A stretch of DNA of 64,000 nt from positions 32,001-96,000 of IMG/VR virus record IMGVR_UViG_3300035520_001860. One strand, 5' to 3'. The stretch's first letter is position 1. The number at the start of each line of letters is the position of its first letter. Below the pieces are notes generated by a model. The model ran no database searches. It was given only the letters and a program-made list of their open reading frames with translations, and was not told where the DNA came from. The stretch comes from a virus. Taxonomy: Duplodnaviria > Caudoviricetes. Below, piece after piece: positions 8,399-18,867 of this stretch. Both the position numbers and the translations under genes were made by a program.

Positions 8399-10753
8399 AT
8401 GGGATTATTAGACAACAAGATATCACAAGATGATTTGAATAGAGTTAATGATATAAGACATCATCCTGACCTCGAACCTGGTTTTGATGGTGGTGGAGAT
8501 GACTGGTTAAGCGGAGGTGACTCTGGCGGTGGGAGTGACTTTGATGGATTAGACAGTCTTTTTTCTGATGATCTAGGGTCCTCTGGTGGAAACGACATAT
8601 TTGGTGGAGGTTCATCAGGTGGAAGCTCTTTTGGTAGCGATAGTGGTACATTTGGCAGCAACAGTGGTACATTTGGCAGCAATAGGTTTAATAATGGAGG
8701 TACTTTTGGTAACAGTGGAAGTACCTTTGGTAGTAATGGATTCGGTGGTAATACATTTGGTAACAACGGATTCGGCGGTCTTGGTGGGCAAAACCAAATG
8801 CAGGGACAACAAGTACAACAGAAAGATACACTTGATAAAATGATGGATGCTGGGGCAGAGGCAGCTTCTGGCGTTGGGGCAATACTCGTTGAAATGGTAA
8901 AGTCATTCAAGGAAAGAAATGTAGATGACTATGGATACTTGAGTAAAAACCTAATTATTACTGGAGCAGCAATGCTAGGTATAAGTATCTTTGTAGCAAT
9001 TGCTGGAACAGTAGCTAGAGTAACAGCATTTCAATCTTTAGGAATAGAGTCAGCATTAAGTGGAGCACTGCTTGCAACAACGGGTATAGCAGGTTTAGGT
9101 ATAGCAGCTTTCATTTTAACTAAAATGGGAGATCAAGAACTAAATAATAACAACATTTCAAATATACCTGATGAACCAGCTGGTGATGACAATTTTACAG
9201 ATACATTAGATGATAACTCTGGAGATATAATGGATGACTTATTTGGTGATGACTTTGATGATTTATTTGGTGATGATACAACATCAAATATAGCAGCTGA
9301 ACCTGAGGAACCAGAACCAGAAGCAGAATCATTAGAGGTAACACCAATAAATTATAAGGATGAACTTGAAAAAATAAATGAAAACACATATTTATCTAGA
9401 CAAACATTAGTTGAAACATTCTGTAATATGTTCACAACAAATACTGTTGGTTTTGAAAAGAAAACAGAGATTAGTCCAGATTCAACAGAATGGAATCAGC
9501 TTGAGGCAATTTGTCTAAAAGCATTAGCAAACTTAGCAAACTGTACACTTGAGGAAGTAAACTCAAATTTGGAATCAGCAGACAAAACATTATTTGCTTA
9601 TGAACTCAGACTGAAAAGAATAAACAAAGTAAAACAGCCAGATGCTTTAGCAAAAGAAATAGAAATCTATGTAAGAGATGATGATAGTCCAGACGCAACA
9701 GTTACAGCTACAATCTCTGGTGATTTCTACAACATAATAATTGCAACAGGAGAAAATTATGTTGTAACATTTGGTGATGTATTTAAGCTTGATTATTGCA
9801 AGAATTTCTTCTTGAGTGATAAGAATAAGCTACCTATGATAACAGGTATAACAGAGTTAGGTAAAGTAATAGTCGATGATGCAAAGAACTTCGATACTAT
9901 GTTAGTAGCAGGTAAGCCTAGGTCAGGTAAATCATGGTATGTATTAAGTATACTCATGAGTTTAATTCTGTTTAATACACCAGAAGATGTTCAGTTTATC
10001 ATTGTGGATCCAAAAGAGTCAAACCTGTTTAAGACATTGAGTCTATTTCCCCATGTGTGTGGACTACATAATGATAAGCAAATCATTAAAATATTAGATG
10101 ATATCATTGAAGTAGAAGCACCAAGACGTAAGAAATTATTATCAGACAACAGATGCGATGATATATGGGCACTTAGAAAGAAAGGAATTAGACTTCCAGT
10201 GCTTTATTTAGTTATAGACGAGTATATAACTGTAATAAACAATTTAGACAAAGATGCTGCCAAAGAATTTGATGGTAAGATACAGACTCTAATTAGTCAG
10301 CTACCTTCCCAAGGAATCAGGCTCTTGTTCGTACCTCACAGAGCAACTGGGGTTGTAAATAAAACCAATAGAACAATGCTCCAATTTACGGCGGCCGTCA
10401 GAGCTGATATAGACGATGTAATTGATACACTCGGTGTTAAAAAGTGGGATAGAGCACTTACAAAACCCGGTGATATAGCTATAAAGACATCATCAACTCC
10501 TAAAGCAACATATGTTAAGGGTGCAGCATTAACTCCTAGTGACGAAGAGAATACACAATTTATGGAAACTGCAGCAGCAGCCTTCTATAAGATGGGTGTA
10601 GACATACCAGATATGAGTTCAATGAGAATAGCATGTAACAGAGACGAGGAATATGTTCAAAGTGAACTTGGAGCAACTGGAACAAACAGAGTGCAGTATG
10701 ATGCATCTGCAATAATAAATGATCTAGACAATATAGATTTAGACAACTTATAA
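8399..10753 (+). CDS. FtsK/SpoIIIE-family membrane ATPase (TcpA-like coupling protein/DNA translocase) with an FG-repeat N-terminus
   Basis: Two TM helices; Walker A VAGKPRSGKS; FIIVDPK; Walker B LYLVIDE; GIRLLFVPHR in the GI.L..ATQR position; no gamma domain. Confidence 0.85.
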   Translation: MGLLDNKISQDDLNRVNDIRHHPDLEPGFDGGGDDWLSGGDSGGGSDFDGLDSLFSDDLGSSGGNDIFGGGSSGGSSFGSDSGTFGSNSGTFGSNRFNNGGTFGNSGSTFGSNGFGGNTFGNNGFGGLGGQNQMQGQQVQQKDTLDKMMDAGAEAASGVGAILVEMVKSFKERNVDDYGYLSKNLIITGAAMLGISIFVAIAGTVARVTAFQSLGIESALSGALLATTGIAGLGIAAFILTKMGDQELNNNNISNIPDEPAGDDNFTDTLDDNSGDIMDDLFGDDFDDLFGDDTTSNIAAEPEEPEPEAESLEVTPINYKDELEKINENTYLSRQTLVETFCNMFTTNTVGFEKKTEISPDSTEWNQLEAICLKALANLANCTLEEVNSNLESADKTLFAYELRLKRINKVKQPDALAKEIEIYVRDDDSPDATVTATISGDFYNIIIATGENYVVTFGDVFKLDYCKNFFLSDKNKLPMITGITELGKVIVDDAKNFDTMLVAGKPRSGKSWYVLSILMSLILFNTPEDVQFIIVDPKESNLFKTLSLFPHVCGLHNDKQIIKILDDIIEVEAPRRKKLLSDNRCDDIWALRKKGIRLPVLYLVIDEYITVINNLDKDAAKEFDGKIQTLISQLPSQGIRLLFVPHRATGVVNKTNRTMLQFTAAVRADIDDVIDTLGVKKWDRALTKPGDIAIKTSSTPKATYVKGAALTPSDEENTQFMETAAAAFYKMGVDIPDMSSMRIACNRDEEYVQSELGATGTNRVQYDASAIINDLDNIDLDNL
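8586..8790 (+). repeat. Coding FG/GS repeats including a near-perfect 21-bp tandem unit (AGTGGTACATTTGGCAGCAAY x2)
   Basis: Encodes DIFGGGSSGGSSFGSDSGTFGSNSGTFGSNRFNNGGTFGNSGSTFGSNGFGGNTFGNNGFGG. Confidence 0.8.
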
Positions 10754-10784
10754 AATATTAAAAAGGTATACAAGGAGATAATAA

Positions 10785-12767
10785 ATGGGAGCACCTAGTA
10801 TTCCAAAGGAAAACATTACAGGTTTAGTTGTAAAGGGATGGATAGTAGATAGGTATGACACAAAAGGTAAATGGGTATGCAAGTGTGAAAAGTGTGGAAA
10901 AGAAGAAATATTCAGAGCATATCATTTAAAAGAAGCACGAGTTAAAATTTGTAATCATTCAAATAATAAGGCTACACATACATTTAAAGATGATTTGACA
11001 GGAAGAACCTTTGGTGAACTAAAAGTAATAGGATTTGATATAGTGAATGGTGTGTGGAAGTGTAAATGTTCATGTGGAAAAGAAGTATACCATACTACAT
11101 ATCAATTAGTAACAAGGGGTGTGAAAACATGTGGACACAGCAGTGGTGTACTAAAAGACCTTAGAGGAAAGAAATTTGGAGAATTAATACCAATTGAATA
11201 CCTAGGTGATAGAACCTGGAAATGTGAGTGTTCTTGTGGAAAAATTACAAACGTTAGAACAACTGACCTTGTGAGTGGAAACACACAATCATGTGGTCAT
11301 CTTAAAACCGGAGCACCTGTAATAGACTTAACAAATCAGCAATTTGGAAACTGGACAGCTTTAAAATATGTTGGAAACAGCTATTGGCAATGTAAGTGTA
11401 CCTGTGGTAATATAGAAAATGTTCATTCATATACATTAAGAAATGGAACATCAACAAGGTGTTCATCACCATTGCATAGAGTAACAGATATAAAAGGAAG
11501 ACAATTTGGTGAGCTACATGTTGAAGAATATACAGGCAATGGATTCTGGAAATGTAAGTGTTCCTGTGGTAAAACAAAAAACATACTTGGAGTCAACTTA
11601 AGAAATGGAAGTACTAGATCATGTGGATGTATGACAGACAAATTATTAAGACAAACATTATTTAGTAGATACAATGAGATATGTCCATCAAGAGTAGATA
11701 ATGCAAGAAGCACACAACAGATAGAAATTTTACATACAAAAGAATTGTTTAATGCACTCCTAGTAGAATACACAATAAGTTATGGAAAACCAGATGCATA
11801 TGCATTAGCAGATATATTAGGCGTTAGTAGATATACAATAGTCAACATGGCTAATAAGTATGATTTACTAGATAAAATAAAAATATACTATAATAGTAGT
11901 AAAGGAGAAAACCAGGTAGCAAACTTTGTAAGAAACATATACAACGGAGAAGTAATACAAAACACTAAGAAAATACTAGATAATGGCAAGGAACTAGATA
12001 TATACATCCCAGATAAACACATCGCAATAGAATTTAATGGAACCTACTGGCATTCCACAATCTACAAAGATAAGTATTATCATCAACAGAAAACATTAGA
12101 TTGTCATAGGCAAGGAATACGATTAATCCATATATTTGAATATGAATGGAATGATGCAGACACACAGCAGAAAATAAAGAATCACTTAGAATTACTATTA
12201 AGTAACAATATACAAACCATTGGAGCACGAAATACAGAAGTAAAAGAAATAGATAAGCAAACAGCAAAAGAGTTTATAGATAAGTACCATCTTCAGAAGT
12301 ATAGTGAGTCATCGGTTAATATAGGATGCTTTTACAACAACGAACTGATTGGAGCATTAACATTAGGTCATCCAAGATTCAACAGTGAGTATCAGTATGA
12401 AATCATAAGATTTTGTTGGAAAGATAGAGTAAAAGTAACAGGTGGCCTAGAGAAATTATTTTCATACTTTATAAAAAATTATCATCCAAAGTCAATAATG
12501 GCATACTCAGATATATCAAAGTTTACTGGCAATTGTTATACAAAGATAGATTTCAAACCAATAAAACAAAATACAATCACAGAACCAAACTACGTATGGG
12601 TTGATATAGAAAGCAACCAAGTACTATCAAGATACCAAACACAAAAGAAGAAGCTAATAGCTAATAATTTAGGTACAGAAGAACAAACAGAAGATGAGAT
12701 AATGGATAATAATGGATTTTTCAAGATATACAACTCAGGTAATATTAAGATGCAATGGGAATACTAA
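10785..12767 (+). CDS. Freestanding homing-endonuclease-like protein, copy 1: five Cys/His Zn-finger repeats, HTH, Vsr/DUF559-like PD-(D/E)xK nuclease, Mom-like GNAT domain
   Basis: Repeats DLTG..FG.....W.C.CSCG...L..G...SCGH; ELDIYIPDKHIAIEFNGTYWH nuclease motif; C-terminal KYHLQ..IGCFYNNELIG..YEIIRFC..SIMAYSD. Confidence 0.8.
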   Translation: MGAPSIPKENITGLVVKGWIVDRYDTKGKWVCKCEKCGKEEIFRAYHLKEARVKICNHSNNKATHTFKDDLTGRTFGELKVIGFDIVNGVWKCKCSCGKEVYHTTYQLVTRGVKTCGHSSGVLKDLRGKKFGELIPIEYLGDRTWKCECSCGKITNVRTTDLVSGNTQSCGHLKTGAPVIDLTNQQFGNWTALKYVGNSYWQCKCTCGNIENVHSYTLRNGTSTRCSSPLHRVTDIKGRQFGELHVEEYTGNGFWKCKCSCGKTKNILGVNLRNGSTRSCGCMTDKLLRQTLFSRYNEICPSRVDNARSTQQIEILHTKELFNALLVEYTISYGKPDAYALADILGVSRYTIVNMANKYDLLDKIKIYYNSSKGENQVANFVRNIYNGEVIQNTKKILDNGKELDIYIPDKHIAIEFNGTYWHSTIYKDKYYHQQKTLDCHRQGIRLIHIFEYEWNDADTQQKIKNHLELLLSNNIQTIGARNTEVKEIDKQTAKEFIDKYHLQKYSESSVNIGCFYNNELIGALTLGHPRFNSEYQYEIIRFCWKDRVKVTGGLEKLFSYFIKNYHPKSIMAYSDISKFTGNCYTKIDFKPIKQNTITEPNYVWVDIESNQVLSRYQTQKKKLIANNLGTEEQTEDEIMDNNGFFKIYNSGNIKMQWEY

Positions 12768-12789
12768 AGGAAAGACAGGTGGATAAGAG

Positions 12790-14235
12790 TTGAAGATTGA
12801 TTTTCTAGGGAATAAATCATCTAATAGCAACATTAGTTTGGGCACTGAATCATTGGACATTTCGGGATTTGACTTTGATGAACTAGATGACAGCAGCCAA
12901 ATTAATATAATAGAAGATGAGACGAACAAGCCTAATAAGCCTAAAAAGACAAAAAGCAGCATAATAAATAAGTTTTCTCTGCTTCAAAATACTCCAGAAA
13001 TACAGTCTGATGAAGTTATAGATTATTCACAAAATACAGTGGATGCAACAGATTTTGATTTTAGCTTTGATGAGACAGATAAAGAGATTCAAGAAAACAT
13101 TATAAATAACGATGAAGAGGCAGCTGAGGCTAATGCACTTATGCAAAAGATCCTAGCTGAGGATACTATATCAGAACAATCAACAAATGAAGATGACATA
13201 GTTGATATGGAATCAGATGATGGGATAGACTTTGATGAAGAACAAAGCTTAGAGGATGAATTTGACGGTATTGAAATAGATACAGATGATACTATTTCAG
13301 AACAATCAACAAATGATAATGACATTGAAATAGATGATTCAGATTTTGATATAGAAGACGATAGTATTGAAAATGAAGATGATGGAATGAGTTCTATAGA
13401 TGATTTAGATTTTGAGGATGATACATCTGATGAAGAAAGTGAATCAGATTATGATCCAATGTCATCAATAGATAATCTTGATCTTGACTTCGAAGATGAA
13501 GATGAATCAGAAGAGACAAATAATGAGACACAAGTACAAGTATCAAACAATACTGAGGATGATGAAGACTCATTCACACTGGAAGATTTGGACAACATAG
13601 AGGAACCCAGTAATAAAACACACAGTACTATTTCACAACAAATTACAAATAGTAATAACAAAAGTAATGAAATTACAATAGATTTAGAAGATGATTCAGA
13701 CCTAGAAAATGAACTGAATGATTTACAGAATGAGCTCATAATACAAGACAGTGCTAATAAGATAGGGACAACACCAACAAGTACTAATATAAATCAAAGT
13801 ACAAAACAACAGAACACTGATAGCAAACTGAAACATGAGATAGAATCAAATAATGAAAAAGTTTTAGAAATGCAACAAAAGATTGCATTAATGGAGCAAG
13901 AGTTGCAGAGGCTTAAAGGTGGTGGGGCGAAAGAAACTGCATCAAATATAGAGAATAATGTTAATATTAATGATGAAGTTGATAAGATTGACGACCTTAT
14001 TAATGGCAATAAGCCTAAAAAAGAAAACGATATTGGAAAATATGATAGATATGCACTAATGTCTACTGAAGCATTGTACAAAGAAGTTAAACAGTACATG
14101 AAAAAGATGGGAGTAAGTAAGAGACCCATTGATCAGTCAGCATTAAATAACAAGTTTGGAGAGACCAATATCAAAAAGTTAATACAAAAAAGCTATTTAA
14201 TAAAAGCAGGTAAAGGAGTAACAACAGGACGATGA
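12790..14235 (+). CDS. Highly acidic disordered protein with a coiled coil and a small basic C-terminal (possible winged-helix) domain
   Basis: TTG start; D/E-rich at about aa 70-315; internal duplication DTISEQSTN at about 13162 and 13288; ATGA overlap with the next gene. Confidence 0.7.
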   Translation: MKIDFLGNKSSNSNISLGTESLDISGFDFDELDDSSQINIIEDETNKPNKPKKTKSSIINKFSLLQNTPEIQSDEVIDYSQNTVDATDFDFSFDETDKEIQENIINNDEEAAEANALMQKILAEDTISEQSTNEDDIVDMESDDGIDFDEEQSLEDEFDGIEIDTDDTISEQSTNDNDIEIDDSDFDIEDDSIENEDDGMSSIDDLDFEDDTSDEESESDYDPMSSIDNLDLDFEDEDESEETNNETQVQVSNNTEDDEDSFTLEDLDNIEEPSNKTHSTISQQITNSNNKSNEITIDLEDDSDLENELNDLQNELIIQDSANKIGTTPTSTNINQSTKQQNTDSKLKHEIESNNEKVLEMQQKIALMEQELQRLKGGGAKETASNIENNVNINDEVDKIDDLINGNKPKKENDIGKYDRYALMSTEALYKEVKQYMKKMGVSKRPIDQSALNNKFGETNIKKLIQKSYLIKAGKGVTTGR

Positions 14236-16517
14236 AAAAGAAGAACATTACAAAAGTAATAGCACTACTAAGTGCATCATCTATGATGTTTACTGGATGT
14301 GGTTCATTTATAAGTGAAGATGTTGCATCATATCCGTTAGCATCATCACTTACATCAGCAGAACTTATTGATTACTATGCAGAGGCATTAGATTATGACT
14401 CTGTTGTAACAAGAAACGTTACTGTGCATGAGACAACATATGTAACAAAAGATATTCAAGGTGAAAAAGCTACAAAACTTGAAGAGTTGTATAAGGCTTG
14501 TGAAGATATATTAGGACAAAGTGAATATGAGCCTACTGAAGATTCATTAAAACTTGTATCTGAGGATACATTCTACTATTTAAAAGGTGTGCTTGACAAT
14601 GAAGTATTATCCAACGGTACTATTAAGAATATAACTGGGGCACTTGGATATTATTTTGTTGATGTTGAATACGATTTAAGTGCAAAAACAGCTGGAACAT
14701 TTACTAATTGGGCACAGTTAGTAGGTTTAAACGGAGCAATTAGTTATAATGCATACTTAGATGAATACTCATTAAACAGTTCATATTCACAAGCAATTTG
14801 TCAGGAAGTAAATGAGTACTTTACTGAAAACAAGGTAAATCAGATATTAACATATGATACAACATCATACGAATTGAATATAGCTGAGGGAGATCCTTCA
14901 ACATACAATGCAACTAATAATACAACATCTACTGTCACTGATACAGAATATGATGATGAAACATCAGGAAGTTCAGGTGGAATTACCATTTTAAATGAGC
15001 CTGGTGACGAAGATGAAACAGATACAGATATTTCAGATATTGAAACAACATCACTTGATGATATAGTAGATGATGATGAAGATACAGTAGCATCTGATGA
15101 TGAAGAGGTTGTAGAAGATGATGAAGATATAATATCTACTGATAATACAACTACAGTAGTTAGTACTGGTGTAGCGGCTACAACAAGCACTGTAATGTCA
15201 ACCTTATCAAGTAGTAGTGGAGCATATACAATAGTAACACCTACTGAAAGAAGAAACTGGTTAGACGTTGGGTTATTAAATAAGTTAGTAGGTTCATCTA
15301 TTGAAAGCAAGGCAACAATGCCAGAACTTTCTCAAGTATATAATATACCTGAAGCAGAAGGTACAATATCAGGATATGGTATTGCAAACTCCGGTTCAAA
15401 CGGATTAAAGATATTTGGATATGACAGAGATAAGTTATCTGGAACAGCAACTTTAAGATATGTGTTTAAAGATGATAGTACAGGTACTGGAGATATATTA
15501 GGAACAAACATTTATGTTACAGAGGAACAGATAACAAACGGTGTTACAGTATCTTCAAGTACACCTTATATAGCAGAGTTCCTTGAGAGTGAATTTGAAC
15601 AGATTGTTGAAAGATCTGACAGAGTTCAAGTTAACTGTGACTTAGCTGGTGCATTATCAAGTGACTTGTATGAAGATATTGGTATTGGGCTACTTATTGG
15701 ATTCAAAGATAAAAATACAAATACAACAAAGTATATGTCAAAAATACGTCAGGTTTTAGGTAGTGATAAATCTAATAATGCTTACTTATTAGAGGTTGAA
15801 ACAACTACAATTGATGGACCAAAGGATATAGATATTTATGGAACATATAAAGAAATTTATTATATTGTAGTTCAGCAGCAGGATACAGAATTTAAGATTA
15901 TTGATATGCTGAGAACATCAAGAACAATGACTCATGAGCCTGACATTGATCCTGATAGCAATATTACAAAGAGATTAATTGCATTGAACCTTGCAGGTGA
16001 AATCAGTGATGATAATAAGACATCAATCAAGAGTTTAATGAGTGCACTGTATACAGCTGGAACAAACAGAATACTGTACGGACCTAAAGATATAGAAGCA
16101 AACGGTGAGACAATAACCATTGAAAAAGGTATGTATGACTGCTTCAGTGATGATACATCAATATTATCAAGTGATGATAAGGAATACATAAACTCTTCTA
16201 TTAGAAGTATATTAACAGGTATACATGGTACTGATACATCAGCATATTACTCTGGAGATGTAGTAGAGTGGATAGGCGGCTATGATAACCAAGCAGAGTT
16301 CGTAACACAAGAAACAGTTACTTACAGTGGATATGATGACTACTACGAAATGACAGTTTACTACTTAGTATCCATTGAGAATGATGAATGGGTAATTGAT
16401 GAAAGAACTGTTATAGATGGTGGACTTGTAGATGGAAGTGGAAATAGTCTTGAAACAGAAGATACAAGCTCAGATGTTTCAACAGAAACAACTGAATCAA
16501 CAGAAGTAACAGAATAA
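14232..16517 (+). CDS. Lipoprotein with probable NTF2-like (VirB8/TcpC-type) domains
   Basis: Lipobox MMFTGC after a basic N-terminus; C-terminal strands YYIVVQQQDTEFKIID and YYLVSIENDEWVIDE typical of NTF2-like folds; last gene of the conjugation-like cluster. Confidence 0.6.
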   Translation: MKKKNITKVIALLSASSMMFTGCGSFISEDVASYPLASSLTSAELIDYYAEALDYDSVVTRNVTVHETTYVTKDIQGEKATKLEELYKACEDILGQSEYEPTEDSLKLVSEDTFYYLKGVLDNEVLSNGTIKNITGALGYYFVDVEYDLSAKTAGTFTNWAQLVGLNGAISYNAYLDEYSLNSSYSQAICQEVNEYFTENKVNQILTYDTTSYELNIAEGDPSTYNATNNTTSTVTDTEYDDETSGSSGGITILNEPGDEDETDTDISDIETTSLDDIVDDDEDTVASDDEEVVEDDEDIISTDNTTTVVSTGVAATTSTVMSTLSSSSGAYTIVTPTERRNWLDVGLLNKLVGSSIESKATMPELSQVYNIPEAEGTISGYGIANSGSNGLKIFGYDRDKLSGTATLRYVFKDDSTGTGDILGTNIYVTEEQITNGVTVSSSTPYIAEFLESEFEQIVERSDRVQVNCDLAGALSSDLYEDIGIGLLIGFKDKNTNTTKYMSKIRQVLGSDKSNNAYLLEVETTTIDGPKDIDIYGTYKEIYYIVVQQQDTEFKIIDMLRTSRTMTHEPDIDPDSNITKRLIALNLAGEISDDNKTSIKSLMSALYTAGTNRILYGPKDIEANGETITIEKGMYDCFSDDTSILSSDDKEYINSSIRSILTGIHGTDTSAYYSGDVVEWIGGYDNQAEFVTQETVTYSGYDDYYEMTVYYLVSIENDEWVIDERTVIDGGLVDGSGNSLETEDTSSDVSTETTESTEVTE

Positions 16518-16538
16518 GTACTAAATAAATCAGTATTT

Positions 16539-16570
16539 AAAGAGGTGGATGTTTAATCCACCTCTTTTTT
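16539..16570 (+). terminator. Rho-independent terminator
   Basis: AAAGAGGTGGAT-GTTTA-ATCCACCTCTTT perfect stem plus T tail. Confidence 0.85.
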
Positions 16571-16615
16571 ATATATTATAATAAATTATTTAGTATTTTA
16601 TGAGAGGATAAAGAT

Positions 16616-16786
16616 ATGAGAGATAACAGTACAGAATTAGCAACAAACAGTAATAATTATGCTGTAGATAATTCTAAACTTAGAAATATGACATTAAAAG
16701 AATTGTTAGACACTTTAAAAGATGTAAGAAAAAAGATACATGAGGGCAGCATGTCAAATAAAGAGTTAATAGAGTGCAGATGTTGA
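16616..16786 (+). CDS. Small hypothetical protein, 56 aa (not in the ORF track)
   Basis: GAGAGG RBS, ATG at 16616, TGA at 16784-16786. Confidence 0.45.
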   Translation: MRDNSTELATNSNNYAVDNSKLRNMTLKELLDTLKDVRKKIHEGSMSNKELIECRC

Positions 16787-16834
16787 GTTAAAATACATAG
16801 AGTATAACAAAGGAAAGAGAGGAAAAGAACAGTA

Positions 16835-17092
16835 ATGATTGATATTGTAGTACCAACAAGAGTATGGAAAGCAGCAGATATAGTAAGACACTTTAAAGGA
16901 AATATGTACATGATAGTGTGCATCGCAAAAGACAGTACAGATTTAAGAGACAAAGTAGTATATAAACATATAGGTGGAAATGGAGAACTTTGGGTAAGAG
17001 ATTTGGAAGAGTTTAATAGTGAAGTAGACCATGAGAAGTATCCAGATGTAAAGCAGAAATACAGATTTGAACTTGTGGAAACACATGATTAA
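16835..17092 (+). CDS. DUF1653 family protein
   Basis: RHFKGNMY...VVYK...LWVRDLEEFNSEVDHEKYPDVKQKYRFE is the family signature. Confidence 0.85.
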   Translation: MIDIVVPTRVWKAADIVRHFKGNMYMIVCIAKDSTDLRDKVVYKHIGGNGELWVRDLEEFNSEVDHEKYPDVKQKYRFELVETHD

Positions 17093-17112
17093 TTAGAGGG
17101 GTAGACAATAAA

Positions 17113-18867
17113 ATGGCAGTACTAAACATAATTAAAAAGGACCTAATACCTAAGTATTATGTGTGTGAATTAAGCAAAGATAAGAGTGTAATTGTACATG
17201 AGAATTTGCTAGATAGTAACTTTACTAAAGTAAGAATGGACAAGAGAACTATAGATTTAACAGAAAGTAAGTTTGGTAATTGGCATGTGCATTATTATCT
17301 TGGGGATAGGAAGTGGTTATGTGAGTGTTCATGTGGTAGGCTATGTGCAGTTATTGGATATAATCTAAGTTCTGGTAGATCAACATCATGTGGGCATGAA
17401 AACTATGATGATTTAACAGGTAAGCGGTTCGGAGATTGGCAGGTACTAGAATATGCAGGAACTGAGCATGGAATGACTAGATGGTTATGTGAGTGTTCAT
17501 GCGGAAATAAAAAAGAGGTATATGCAAAAGTACTTACAAATGGGAGGAGTAAGTCATGTGGACATAGTACTAATGCTTTTAATGACCTTACTGGAAAGCA
17601 ATTTGGAGAATGGAGTGTTTTAGAGTATGAGGGGGACCACTATTATAAGTGTCAATGCTCCTGTGGCAAAATAAAAAGCGTAGCTGGGTATTCTTTAACA
17701 CGAGGAGATAGCTTATCTTGTGGGCATAAATCAGCAGCCTGTAGAAAAGATACAATGATGCAGAGATACGGAGACACAGTTCCTGGAAAAAATAGAGAGC
17801 AATGGCAAATAGATATATTATCATCAAAGGAGATATTGGAAGCTTACATAATACACAAAGGGTATAAGCCAACAGCAGAAGAGTTAGCTAAGGAACTTGG
17901 TATAAATAAAACTAATATGTATAGAAATATACATAAGTATGGTATAGAGAACCTTATACTCATAGACTATAATTCATCTAAATATGAAAGAGAGATTGTA
18001 GAATTACTGAATAGTTGGGGAATATGCAACATTGAGGTTAGAGATAAAAAACATGTACCTGGTTTCGAACTAGATATATACATCCCAGACAAAAAACTAG
18101 CAATAGAGTTTAATGGTAGTTATTGGCACTCAGATTTATATAAAGATAAATACTATCATCAAGAAAAAACAATCGAATGTGCAAAACGACACATACAATT
18201 AATTCACATATTTGAATATGAATGGAATGATAACGATACTAAAGAAAAATTAATTAATCTACTGTATACAAGACTAGTTAACACAAAAAATTATATAGGA
18301 GCAAGGGAAACAGTAGTAACATTTATAGATAGTAGTATAGCAAAAGAATTTTGCAATAAATATCATTTGCATGGGTATAGTAATTCAAGTATAAATATAG
18401 GATGCTATTATAAATCAGATTTAATAGGGGTTTTAACATTTGGAAAACCAAGATTTAACAGTAATTATCAATACGAATTAATAAGACTGTGCTGGAAAGA
18501 TGATATAAAGGTACACGGCGGATTAGAAAAAATGTTTACATTATTTATAAAAAGTTACAATGTAAATAATATTATCAGTTATTGTGATATATCAAAGTTT
18601 AATGGAAATGCATATTTGAGACTTGGTTTTACAGTGCAAAATATAAGTGAGCCAAACTATATATGGTATAATTTAAGTAAAAAAACTAAACTAACAAGAT
18701 ATAAAACTCAGAAACATAAATTAGTAGAGGCAGGATTTGGCGATGCAAACAGTACAGAGTCAGATATAATGGAAGACCTAGACTATGTAAAAATACATGA
18801 TAGTGGAAACTTAGTTTTAGAATGGAGAAATCAAAATGGCAGTCAAAGTACCAACAATATGGAATGA
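17113..18867 (+). CDS. Homing-endonuclease-like protein, copy 2: three Zn-finger repeats, HTH, PD-(D/E)xK nuclease, Mom-like GNAT domain
   Basis: Same architecture as 10785..12767; ELDIYIPDKKLAIEFNGSYWH; HTH PTAEELAKELGINKTNMYR. Confidence 0.8.
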   Translation: MAVLNIIKKDLIPKYYVCELSKDKSVIVHENLLDSNFTKVRMDKRTIDLTESKFGNWHVHYYLGDRKWLCECSCGRLCAVIGYNLSSGRSTSCGHENYDDLTGKRFGDWQVLEYAGTEHGMTRWLCECSCGNKKEVYAKVLTNGRSKSCGHSTNAFNDLTGKQFGEWSVLEYEGDHYYKCQCSCGKIKSVAGYSLTRGDSLSCGHKSAACRKDTMMQRYGDTVPGKNREQWQIDILSSKEILEAYIIHKGYKPTAEELAKELGINKTNMYRNIHKYGIENLILIDYNSSKYEREIVELLNSWGICNIEVRDKKHVPGFELDIYIPDKKLAIEFNGSYWHSDLYKDKYYHQEKTIECAKRHIQLIHIFEYEWNDNDTKEKLINLLYTRLVNTKNYIGARETVVTFIDSSIAKEFCNKYHLHGYSNSSINIGCYYKSDLIGVLTFGKPRFNSNYQYELIRLCWKDDIKVHGGLEKMFTLFIKSYNVNNIISYCDISKFNGNAYLRLGFTVQNISEPNYIWYNLSKKTKLTRYKTQKHKLVEAGFGDANSTESDIMEDLDYVKIHDSGNLVLEWRNQNGSQSTNNME

